Shown here one piece after another: positions 39,204 through 47,039 of a stretch of 53,715 bases of DNA; the first letter of the stretch is position 1, and each line of letters begins with the position of its first letter. The translations under genes were made by a program, and so were the position numbers. The notes under the pieces were generated by a model. That model saw nothing but the letters and a program-made list of their open reading frames with translations. It was not told where the DNA came from and did no database searches. Source of the DNA: Thermoanaerobaculia bacterium (lineage in GTDB: Bacteria; Acidobacteriota; Thermoanaerobaculia; Multivoradales; UBA5704); assembly GCA_036497345.1 (NCBI GenBank), contig DASXJP010000663.1, forward strand, positions 1 to 53,715. The letters run 5' to 3'.

Positions 39204-39321
39204 GTGGCGGCTGGAAGTATATCTCCGCTTCGGAACTATGTCTCGAACAGGAGTCTCCCCGGAACCTGCCTGCGACATCCATGGCAAGCGCGGGGCGAGA
39301 ATCGGAGCTGCTTAGGGCTCG

Positions 39322-39470
39322 TCATGGGCGAGCCCTCGGATGGTGGCAGAGCTTCTCCACGATCTGGGGTACAGCCTCCAAGCCAACAGCAAGACCTTGG
39401 AAGGAGCCAGCCATCCGGATCGCGACGCCCAATTCGAGCATATCAATCGTCAGGCACAAGCGGCCGTTCA
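39322..39470 (+). pseudogene. Relic of an ISAzo13-family (DDE) transposase gene, about 45 codons
   Basis: VAELLHDLGYSLQANSKTLEGASHPDRDAQFEHIN matches the conserved ...LGYSLQANRKT.EG..HPDR.AQF..IN block I recall for ISAzo13-type transposases. A stop lies immediately upstream and similarity is lost downstream. Confidence 0.5.
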
Positions 39471-39614
39471 GCCGCACGATCGGATCCAATATGGCCAATA
39501 TGCCATAGATCAATTCCTCGACCAGCTCGAATTTGCCTCTCGAAACGCCGTCGCAGGGGGTACCTAAGCTGCGAAAGAAGAGTATATTCATTTCTCTTGC
39601 TAAAGGGAGGTTGC

Positions 39615-40349
39615 ATGAGACTTCTCAAAGACTACGTGAACGAGCCCCTTGACTGGCGTCGTTACCAGGTAGCAATGTACATCTTTGGAATCGTGCTCTT
39701 CTCGCTCGGCGCCAAAGGCTTCATCGATGCGAAGCTCGGCACCGACCCTCTGGACGTGCTCGTCATCGGCATGAACCGGCACTTGGGCGTGGGGCTCGGC
39801 ATCTGCTCCTCGCTCGTCGCCGTCACCTTTCTCGTGTGGTGGATGCTCTGGAACCGCAAGCTTCCACCGCTCACCCCGTTCGTCAGCACGGCGGCCGTCG
39901 GCTTCCTGCTCGACTTCTGGAACGCGATCAGGCTTGAGCAATACACGATCGGCGCGGTGCCCGTTCAAATCGTCCAGATTTTCGGTGCGACGGTCAATCT
40001 CTGGGCCATCGTCCTCGACGTCATCTCGCTCCTCACCTGCGCCTATGCTTCGTCCATCATTATCATGAGCGGTATCGGTATCCGCATCATGGACCTCGTC
40101 GCCATCACCATGATCGAGCGGTGGGGCTGGGCGTTTTTCCGCGCCAAGATGGTCCTTGAGATCAGCCTCTTCATGTCGGGCTGGCTCCTTGGCGGACCGA
40201 TGGGTATTACCACAGTGCTATTTCTCTTCCTGGTCGGCCCGTTCATTCAGCCTTTCATGTGGATGAATGCCACGTACCTCAACCTTCCGAACCACGGCAT
40301 CCACTCGGCTCACCACCGGATCCGTGGTGGCCTGAGGCAGCCCGGCTGA
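39615..40349 (+). CDS. Polytopic membrane protein (YczE/YitT-like, tentative), low-GC gene
   Basis: SD AAAGGGAGG, then ATG 39615. About 6-7 TM helices. GC is about 52% against about 70% in the surroundings. Confidence 0.65.
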   Translation: MRLLKDYVNEPLDWRRYQVAMYIFGIVLFSLGAKGFIDAKLGTDPLDVLVIGMNRHLGVGLGICSSLVAVTFLVWWMLWNRKLPPLTPFVSTAAVGFLLDFWNAIRLEQYTIGAVPVQIVQIFGATVNLWAIVLDVISLLTCAYASSIIIMSGIGIRIMDLVAITMIERWGWAFFRAKMVLEISLFMSGWLLGGPMGITTVLFLFLVGPFIQPFMWMNATYLNLPNHGIHSAHHRIRGGLRQPG

Positions 40350-40377
40350 GCGCGTTGCAACGCTCTTCGTTGGCTTG

Positions 40378-40551
40378 CTAGCCGGTCAACGAGAGCACCT
40401 CGCACGCCCCGCCGACCCCCACCGGCTCCGCCCCCGCCCGCACGCGCACCAGGGCGGTGCCGTGGGCGTAGGCGGCGAGGTCGTGGGAGCCTTTGAAGAA
40501 GTAGGGGGTGACCAGCTCGTTTCCCGCCCTCTTTTCTCTCCGGATCAACTG
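40378..40551 (-). pseudogene. Divergent 3'-terminal fragment of a moeA gene (last ~57 codons plus stop)
   Basis: The minus strand translates to ...LIRREKRAGNELVTPYFFKGSHDLAAYAHGTALVRVRAGAEPVGVGGACEVLSLTG*, compared with the MoeA C-terminus ...AEIEARNGELHVTPYFFKGSHDLAAYAHGTALARVRAGSARTEAGGRCEVLVVAG*. No upstream MoeA domains are present. Confidence 0.75.
40449..40506. repeat. Left copy of a 58-bp perfect direct repeat (att-like)
   Basis: CCAGGGCGGTGCCGTGGGCGTAGGCGGCGAGGTCGTGGGAGCCTTTGAAGAAGTAGGG, identical to 47111-47168. Confidence 0.9.
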
Positions 40552-40620
40552 AAGCGCCGGGACGGCAATGCCCTGTTCAGCTTTGCGGAACCGTTCCGCC
40601 GGCTCATCCTCACCGCCTCC

Positions 40621-41343
40621 TCAATCCATCTTTTCGTACACGGAGACGTGCCGCTGGCTGTTGGGACCGATCTCGGCTCGGTTCCAGTCGGCCCAGCGGT
40701 GCCGGAGCCGGAGGCCGGCGAGGCGCGCCATCAGGTCGAGCTCCGCGGGCCAGGCGTAGCGGACCTCGACCGGGTAGAGACGGATCTCCTGATTCCGGAT
40801 GACCACGTGCTGGCTCTTCAGCCGCTGGCGCACAGGGTCGTGCTCCGACACCTTCAGGCCGATCCGCTCGTCCGTCACCGCGGTGACCTGCAATCCGCCG
40901 GTGAAGTTGGCGCTCTGGGGAACGAAGGCTTCGAGCACGAAGACTCCGTCCGCGGTGAGATGCGCGGCCACGTTCTGGAAACAGCGCACCTGCTCGTCCT
41001 GGGTGGGGAGCGCGAAGAAGGTGTTGTAGGCCACGAAGATCAGGGAGAGCTCGCCCTGCACCGCCACATCGGCGAAGTTGCCCAGGGTGACCGGAATGGC
41101 CTCCCCTCCGGGCTTGACGCGCAAGCGAGCGACCATGGCCGGCGAGAGATCGATACCCTGCAGGTCGATCCCCCGAGCCGCCAGGGGGAGCGCGAGCAGC
41201 CCCGAGCCGATTCCCAGCTCCAGGACCCGGCCGGCCCCGGCCAGCTCCGCCAGGAGATCGACGGCGGCTTCCTCGCAGGAGCCGAACCACTGGTCGTAGA
41301 CCTCGGCGCAGGCCTCGTTGTAGGTCGGATCTTCGGTGTTCAT
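40621..41343 (-). CDS. Class I SAM-dependent methyltransferase
   Basis: ATG 41343. Motif I VLELGIGSGLLALPLA, post-I IDLSPAMV, and LTADGVFVLE. Confidence 0.8.
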   Translation of the reverse strand: MNTEDPTYNEACAEVYDQWFGSCEEAAVDLLAELAGAGRVLELGIGSGLLALPLAARGIDLQGIDLSPAMVARLRVKPGGEAIPVTLGNFADVAVQGELSLIFVAYNTFFALPTQDEQVRCFQNVAAHLTADGVFVLEAFVPQSANFTGGLQVTAVTDERIGLKVSEHDPVRQRLKSQHVVIRNQEIRLYPVEVRYAWPAELDLMARLAGLRLRHRWADWNRAEIGPNSQRHVSVYEKMD

Positions 41344-41369
41344 GGTTGGCGTGCCCTGAATCCGGCCGT

Positions 41370-43445
41370 TCACGCTCCCAGCGGCAGCTCGCCCTCGGCG
41401 CTCAGGCGCTCCAGCCGGGGCGCCGTGCCCGGGGCCCAGCGCTTCGCCTGGTGCGTGACCCGGTAGGCGAGCGGACCGCCGTCGGGGCGGTCGCTGCGTT
41501 CGAGCGGGCGGGGGATGCAGACGAATTCGACTTGCAGATCCTCGGCGCTCGCCCGCACCACGGCATAGCCGTGGCCGCCGAGATCCGTGAACGCGAGGTG
41601 CGGCGCGACCTCCGGGTTGGCGGCGGCCAGCGCCTGTCGGCGGTCTCCCGTCTTCCGCAGGGCGAGGCTGGCGCGGACGCCGTGCCGGAGCGACAGGTTG
41701 ATCGCTGGCTCCGCCGGTCCCCCGGACGCGGGATCGTGAAGGTAGAGGGCGCGCCACGGCTGGTCTTTTTTCAGATTGTGCTGCGCGGCCTCGAACAGGG
41801 TGGGCGCCGAGATCGAGCCGGTGATGAATTCCACGCCGACCGGCTTGTAGGGTTGCGGCGGCAGCGACCGCGAGAGGGCCCCGGCCGCGAAGGCGTGCCG
41901 GTCCCCGGCGATGGTGGCGAAGCCGGCGATCCGCTCGCGCTCGACCAGATCCAGGATCTCCGCGCGCTCCGAGCGATAGCCGCTCCAGTCGTCGCCGCCG
42001 GCCAGCGCGAAGCCGTCCGCCGGCCAGCGCGGTCCGCCCTCGGCGGGCAGGTTCTGGAGGTCGGTCCGCCAGTCGAGCATGCCCACCGAATTCCCCCACA
42101 GCTTCCAGGTCGCGGCCGAGGCGCGCAGCCGCTCCAGAAACCATTTCTTCTGCTCGCCGCCGAGCATCGAGGCGGGCGGCGCGCCGCGGCGGGGATTGGG
42201 CACGTCGGCGCCGTTGAAGCGGATCGCCGCCGGCGGCTTGCCCCCTCCGTACGCGCGCCCGGCGTCCAGGACCTCGACGGCGTCCAGTGGAAAGAAATAC
42301 GGGAACGCCTTGGACTGGAACGCCGCGGCCCCGGGCTGGTCGACCACCGGCTCGGAGCGGAACGAGCGGTTGTCGGTGAGGATCAGCTCGACGTTGCGGC
42401 CCCAGCGCAGGGTGCGGAAGATCTTGAGGCTTTCGATCGCCGCGAGGTTCCCCTTCTCCAGGCCCAGGCCGTGCTCGTCGAGATCGCGGAGCGGCGCGTC
42501 GGCCACGGCGGGAGCCACGAAGCGGTCGCGCCGCGTGGAGCCCGGCTGGGCCACCCGCGCCGGCTGATACTCGAACCAGGCCTGGTTGGCCGCGGTCTTG
42601 CGCGTCTGCGCGGGCCGGACGCCGCCGAAATTCTGCTGGCTCTGCCACCCCTTCCACGAGAACTCGTGGTTGTCCCACACGCAGACGAAAGGCCAGCGCG
42701 CGCGGGCGTCCTGGAGGTCGGGATCCGCGAGATAGCCGCGGTAGAGCACGCGGTAGTCCTCGACCGTCGCCGGCACGTGGAAATCGGTGATCTTCTCGCC
42801 GCGCGGATAGCGGACGACGTCGCGCAGGCGCCGGTCGTACATCCCCTGCGGCCGGTCCTCCGGATACCAGACGACCTCGTAGACGAAGTCCCCGAGGTGG
42901 AGCACGAAGCCCAGGCGCTCGCCTTCGGGCTGCTTCTCGTCCTCGAAGATCATGCGGCGGTAGGCGTTGCAGGCGCCCTGGGTCACGTTCTGGCAGCTCA
43001 CGAAGGCGAAGCGGACGGGGCGGCCGTCGCCCGCGGCGGGAGCTGTGAGCGTGCGGCCGACGCGGCTGCCGAAGCCGTGCTCGTCGGTGAAGCGATACCA
43101 GTAGACGCGGCGCGGCTTGAGGCCGGCCGCGAGCACCCGGCAGGTCCAGTCCGCCTCGGCGGAGAGAGAGACCTCTGCCCGCGCGGCGACGCGATGGAAG
43201 CCCGGGTCCTCCGCGACCTCCACGTGAAGGGTCTGCGCGGCCTGGCCGTCCGGCCCCGGAGGGCGGCGCGTCCAGAGCAGGACGCTGTCCGGCTGCGGAT
43301 CGCCCGAGGCCACGCCCTGGGGATAGAGATCCCGCCGCTCGGTCCAGGAGACCTGCGCGGCGCGAGAGAGGAGCGAGGGCCAGGCGAGCGCGGCGCCGAG
43401 GGCCGCCGCGCTCTGGATCGCTTGCCGCCGGGTGATGGGAGCCAT
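41370..43445 (-). CDS. phoD: PhoD-family alkaline phosphatase/phosphodiesterase, Tat-exported
   Basis: MAPITRRQAIQSAAALGAALA twin-arginine signal. GVASGDP, VLHLGDFVYE and VWDNHEF. Confidence 0.85.
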   Translation of the reverse strand: MAPITRRQAIQSAAALGAALAWPSLLSRAAQVSWTERRDLYPQGVASGDPQPDSVLLWTRRPPGPDGQAAQTLHVEVAEDPGFHRVAARAEVSLSAEADWTCRVLAAGLKPRRVYWYRFTDEHGFGSRVGRTLTAPAAGDGRPVRFAFVSCQNVTQGACNAYRRMIFEDEKQPEGERLGFVLHLGDFVYEVVWYPEDRPQGMYDRRLRDVVRYPRGEKITDFHVPATVEDYRVLYRGYLADPDLQDARARWPFVCVWDNHEFSWKGWQSQQNFGGVRPAQTRKTAANQAWFEYQPARVAQPGSTRRDRFVAPAVADAPLRDLDEHGLGLEKGNLAAIESLKIFRTLRWGRNVELILTDNRSFRSEPVVDQPGAAAFQSKAFPYFFPLDAVEVLDAGRAYGGGKPPAAIRFNGADVPNPRRGAPPASMLGGEQKKWFLERLRASAATWKLWGNSVGMLDWRTDLQNLPAEGGPRWPADGFALAGGDDWSGYRSERAEILDLVERERIAGFATIAGDRHAFAAGALSRSLPPQPYKPVGVEFITGSISAPTLFEAAQHNLKKDQPWRALYLHDPASGGPAEPAINLSLRHGVRASLALRKTGDRRQALAAANPEVAPHLAFTDLGGHGYAVVRASAEDLQVEFVCIPRPLERSDRPDGGPLAYRVTHQAKRWAPGTAPRLERLSAEGELPLGA

Positions 43446-43683
43446 GGCGCCGATTCTACCCGACGCCAGGCGGCGGGAAGCTTTTCAGTCCCCCCGTACA
43501 GGATGTAACGCTTGGCGGGTCCGCCGCGCCTGAGAAGGTATCCGAGCACAGAGGAGAGCTGGATCGAGAAAGAAAACCATGAATCCTCAACCTGTCAGAC
43601 CGCGGGGGCGGTCGACGAACATCCAGAGGCAAGGGAAGCCTGGGCGTCTCCGATGGAGGCCCGCAAATCCCGGGAGGCTTGAG

Positions 43684-45096
43684 ATGGCATCGCATGCCAA
43701 ACCGCGGGAGCGCTCCGCGAACATTTTCATCAACTACCGCCGCGAGGACAGCGCGGGCCACTCAGGGAGGCTGTTCGATGCCCTGAGCAGCCATTTCTCC
43801 GGCCGGCTGTTCATGGACGTCGACACCCTGGAGCCTGGCGTCGATTTCGTCGAGGCGATCGAGCAGGCGGTGGGCTCGTGCGAGGTGTTGCTCGTCGTCA
43901 TCGGGCGCGAGTGGCTGACCATCGAAGACAAGACCGGGCGCCGGCGCCTCGACGATCCCGGAGACTTCGTCCGTCTGGAGGTCGAGTCCGCCCTGGCGCG
44001 CCGGATCCGGGTGATTCCGGTCCTGGTTCAGGACGCGCCCATGCCCGGCGCCGAAGAGCTGCCGGCCTCGCTCGCCCGGCTGGCGCGACGCAACGCCATC
44101 GAGCTCAGCGACGCCCGCTGGGCCTACGACGTTGACCGCCTGGCCCACACGATCCAGGAGATCCTGGCGGAAAGCCCGGCGTTGGAGAAGGCCACGCCGC
44201 CTGCCGCGGTCGCGGCGGGGGTGGAGGCAAAGGCCACGGGGTCGCGGGTGTGGCTGCTCTCTCTTGCCGCTCTCGCGCTGGTGGCGACCGTCGCGCTGGG
44301 GTCTTGGGCATGGATAGGGCGGACCCCGACCCCGAGCGGCAAGGTCGATCCCTCACAGACCCCGGCGGCCAACCTGGGGGCCGTCACGGTCCCCGCGGGC
44401 GGCCTGGCTACCGGGGCTCCCGCGAGCGGCGGGCCCGCCGCGAATCCGGCTGGCGACGTGAGCAGCGGGAGCACCGCCGCCAAGGCTCCCCGCGCCGTCG
44501 AGACCGCGCCCAGGATTGAGCCATCCGCCCCGCGCCGCGCCGCCGACAGGCCCTCCGAGGCTCCGACCCGGGTGCTCCCCGTCTCGGTCCCGATCTCCGA
44601 ACGGGCCACGGTTCCCTCCAGCGACGAGCCCTCCGTGACCTCCAGAGCGGCCGACCCACGGGGCTCGTCGGTCCCCGCATCGAGCTTGCAGCCGGTGCGC
44701 GTCACGATCGTGTCGCCGCAGAACGGGGATACGGTCGGCTCGGACGTCATGGTGCAAGGCTCCGTCTTCGGGCTCGGCGACCGGCAGATCTTCCTGTGCA
44801 TCCGGCAGAGCAACGGCATGATCTATCCCCGGGGGGAGGTGTTCCCGAAAGCCGACGGCCAGTGGTCTATCAAGCTGAGGAGCTCCAGGGAAAAGACCTT
44901 CGAGGTCCTGGTGGTGGCGTCCGCCAGCAAGGAAGCGGATCAGGCCTTGAGGGATCAGCGGAGCCGGGATGAGGGCCTGGCCGCCCTCCCCGCGGGAGCC
45001 TCCATCAGCAGCGGCGTCCTGACGCTGAAAAAGCAGGGGAGGATCGGCAGCCTGTTCAATCCAAAACGGTCGGATTCGATCGACCATCCCAGGTGA
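43684..45096 (+). CDS. TIR-domain protein with a single TM helix and a C-terminal beta-sandwich-like domain
   Basis: SD GGGAGG, then ATG 43684. IFINYRREDSAGHSGRLFDAL...DVDTLEPGVDF...VLLVVIGREW...RLEVESAL...VIPVLV is TIR_2-like. TM helix VWLLSLAALALVATVALGSWAWI, an ~130-aa P/A/S-rich linker and a ~110-aa C-terminal domain (VRVTIVSPQNGDTVGSDVMVQGSV...). Confidence 0.8.
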   Translation: MASHAKPRERSANIFINYRREDSAGHSGRLFDALSSHFSGRLFMDVDTLEPGVDFVEAIEQAVGSCEVLLVVIGREWLTIEDKTGRRRLDDPGDFVRLEVESALARRIRVIPVLVQDAPMPGAEELPASLARLARRNAIELSDARWAYDVDRLAHTIQEILAESPALEKATPPAAVAAGVEAKATGSRVWLLSLAALALVATVALGSWAWIGRTPTPSGKVDPSQTPAANLGAVTVPAGGLATGAPASGGPAANPAGDVSSGSTAAKAPRAVETAPRIEPSAPRRAADRPSEAPTRVLPVSVPISERATVPSSDEPSVTSRAADPRGSSVPASSLQPVRVTIVSPQNGDTVGSDVMVQGSVFGLGDRQIFLCIRQSNGMIYPRGEVFPKADGQWSIKLRSSREKTFEVLVVASASKEADQALRDQRSRDEGLAALPAGASISSGVLTLKKQGRIGSLFNPKRSDSIDHPR

Positions 45097-45211
45097 ATGC
45101 CACGGGCTTCTTCGCCCTCCGGGCTCCTCGAAGCGGGGGGCCCGCACCTTCTTCTTTGAGGAGCCGCCACCGGCGGCGGCTTCCCATGAACCGTCCTCAA
45201 AGGAGACTCGT

Positions 45212-45559
45212 ATGAAGCTGAGATCCATGGTCCTGGTCCTTGCCTTGCTGCTGATCGCCTCCCTGGCGAGCGCCGCCCAGACCCAGACCGCCACGCCGGC
45301 GGACCCGGCGGCCGCGAATCTGGCGGCGATCTTCGCCGCTCCGGCGCCTCCGGATGGGGGGACCGCGAAGCTTCCGTCGTTCGAGCCCACTCCCAGCGAA
45401 AAGGCCCTCACCTGCGGAAGCTGCAGCGACGCGCCCTGTGTGGGAGCGCAGGTCGGGACCGTCTGCAAATTCCAGAACGGCCAGACCTACACGTGCCAGC
45501 ACGCCTACGTCATCTGCACCTTCAGGGACTGCGAGTGCTGGACCGGGCCGCTGCCGTAG
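45212..45559 (+). CDS. Small secreted Cys-rich protein (8 Cys in the last 50 aa)
   Basis: SD AAAGGAG, then ATG. Signal peptide MKLRSMVLVLALLLIASLASA. The C-terminus is CGSCSDAPCVGAQVGTVCKFQNGQTYTCQHAYVICTFRDCECW. Confidence 0.6.
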   Translation: MKLRSMVLVLALLLIASLASAAQTQTATPADPAAANLAAIFAAPAPPDGGTAKLPSFEPTPSEKALTCGSCSDAPCVGAQVGTVCKFQNGQTYTCQHAYVICTFRDCECWTGPLP

Positions 45560-45629
45560 ACCAGGGCTTCGTCCATCCAGAAGTGAGAGACCTCGGAGGG
45601 CCGCGTGCGCTCCGAGGCTCCCGGTCGAA

Positions 45630-47024
45630 TCACCGCTCCTCCGTGAGGCCCAAGACTCGTTTCAATCGGAACCAGAGATTCCTTGCCTTCCAGAAGCGGC
45701 TCGCTTCCATCCCCCGGACGCGGCTCGTGAGCGCGGCAATCTCCTCGGCGCTCTTATTCAGGCGACTCTCGTACGCGCTCTTCTGCCGCTCGAGTTGCTC
45801 GCCGTGGAGCGCTTCTTGCCGGCTCAGTTGTCCGCGCAACATCACGGTGTCCAGTTGAGCGGACCGCAGGCAGGCCCATGCTACAGGTCCCGAATACAGG
45901 CTCAGATCTTCCCCGCGGCACGAAATACCCCATATGGATAAATGAGCTGACTCCGGGTCCGCGGTCTCGGGAAGGTCCACTGTAAGCTGCCAACCGACCA
46001 CTTCCGCGGGATCATCCGTGAAAATTGAGCTCAGAGAGGATCGGGGCTGAAGATCCCGGCACGATGCCGTAAGCTCGCCGTCAATGCTGATCCGTACCTC
46101 CTGTGGAGGCTGGCCGGTCACCCGGTCGGCAATCCAGCCGCTGAGGCGAAGGCTTCTCTTTCCGCCCCAGGAGCAGTGCTCCAGGAATCCGTCGGCGTCA
46201 CGCTTCAGCTGCAGGCCTGAAAAATCTGTAGCCCCCGTCTTGGCAGGCTCCTCCTTGATCACCACGTACAGGTCTTGGAAGCTGGTGAGGCCCCGGGGAA
46301 TCCGCAAGATCGGATACGCACCGATCGCCTCCTCGACCGCGGAGCGCGCGAAGCTTTCCGTGACCCACGCGCTGCCGTAATCACAGGTATCCAGCGAGCT
46401 GCTCTCGCTGATTTCTCGAAAGATGATTCCCTCTTGCGGCTCAGCCGGTTCTTTATACAGGGACATGTCATGCACGCTGAACAGCAAAATACCATCGGCA
46501 TTCAAGAGCGATCCCAAGCGCCGGAGCCATCCGATGAATCTGGATTTGGGCAGGTGTGTAAAAAGAGACGATACCAGAATCGCGTCGAACCGTTGATCGC
46601 AGACGAATTCCTCCGGCTTGACGGTCGACACGATGCCGTGGACGCCGAGCTCGCGTTCCTGGAAGGCGACGCCCTCGGCGTAGATGTCCGACACCCAGAC
46701 CCGATCCTCAGGTATATCCGCGACGATGTGCCGGGTCACCCGGCCGTAACCGCTGGCAAAGTCCAGAATCGGCCCGCCCCAGGACAAGGAGCCAAACCGC
46801 CATGCGAGGATCTGCCGTTGCGTCGTCCAGATCCGGCGTCCTGAATCGAGATACATGGCCACCGCTTGCTCGAGATCGTGGCCTTGCGCATACTGAAAGA
46901 ACCGCAGCATCTCATCGGCCGCGCTGATATTGAAGCTGACGCCGCGCCAGAGGAGATCCCGGCAAAGCGCTTTGACGGTCAGACTGTCGGAGCCGTTGGA
47001 GTAGGCAAGGTTTTCTGTATTCAT
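45630..47024 (-). CDS. SAM-dependent methyltransferase with a C-terminal extension ending in a coiled coil; low-GC gene
   Basis: ILDFASGYGRVTRH (motif I), ILVSSLFTHLP and ADGILLFSVHD. The C-terminal ~230 aa are an extra domain plus heptad region. GC is about 50-55%. It starts 15 nt after the moeA stop. Confidence 0.75.
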   Translation of the reverse strand: MNTENLAYSNGSDSLTVKALCRDLLWRGVSFNISAADEMLRFFQYAQGHDLEQAVAMYLDSGRRIWTTQRQILAWRFGSLSWGGPILDFASGYGRVTRHIVADIPEDRVWVSDIYAEGVAFQERELGVHGIVSTVKPEEFVCDQRFDAILVSSLFTHLPKSRFIGWLRRLGSLLNADGILLFSVHDMSLYKEPAEPQEGIIFREISESSSLDTCDYGSAWVTESFARSAVEEAIGAYPILRIPRGLTSFQDLYVVIKEEPAKTGATDFSGLQLKRDADGFLEHCSWGGKRSLRLSGWIADRVTGQPPQEVRISIDGELTASCRDLQPRSSLSSIFTDDPAEVVGWQLTVDLPETADPESAHLSIWGISCRGEDLSLYSGPVAWACLRSAQLDTVMLRGQLSRQEALHGEQLERQKSAYESRLNKSAEEIAALTSRVRGMEASRFWKARNLWFRLKRVLGLTEER

Positions 47025-47039
47025 CGCGATTGCCGTCTC

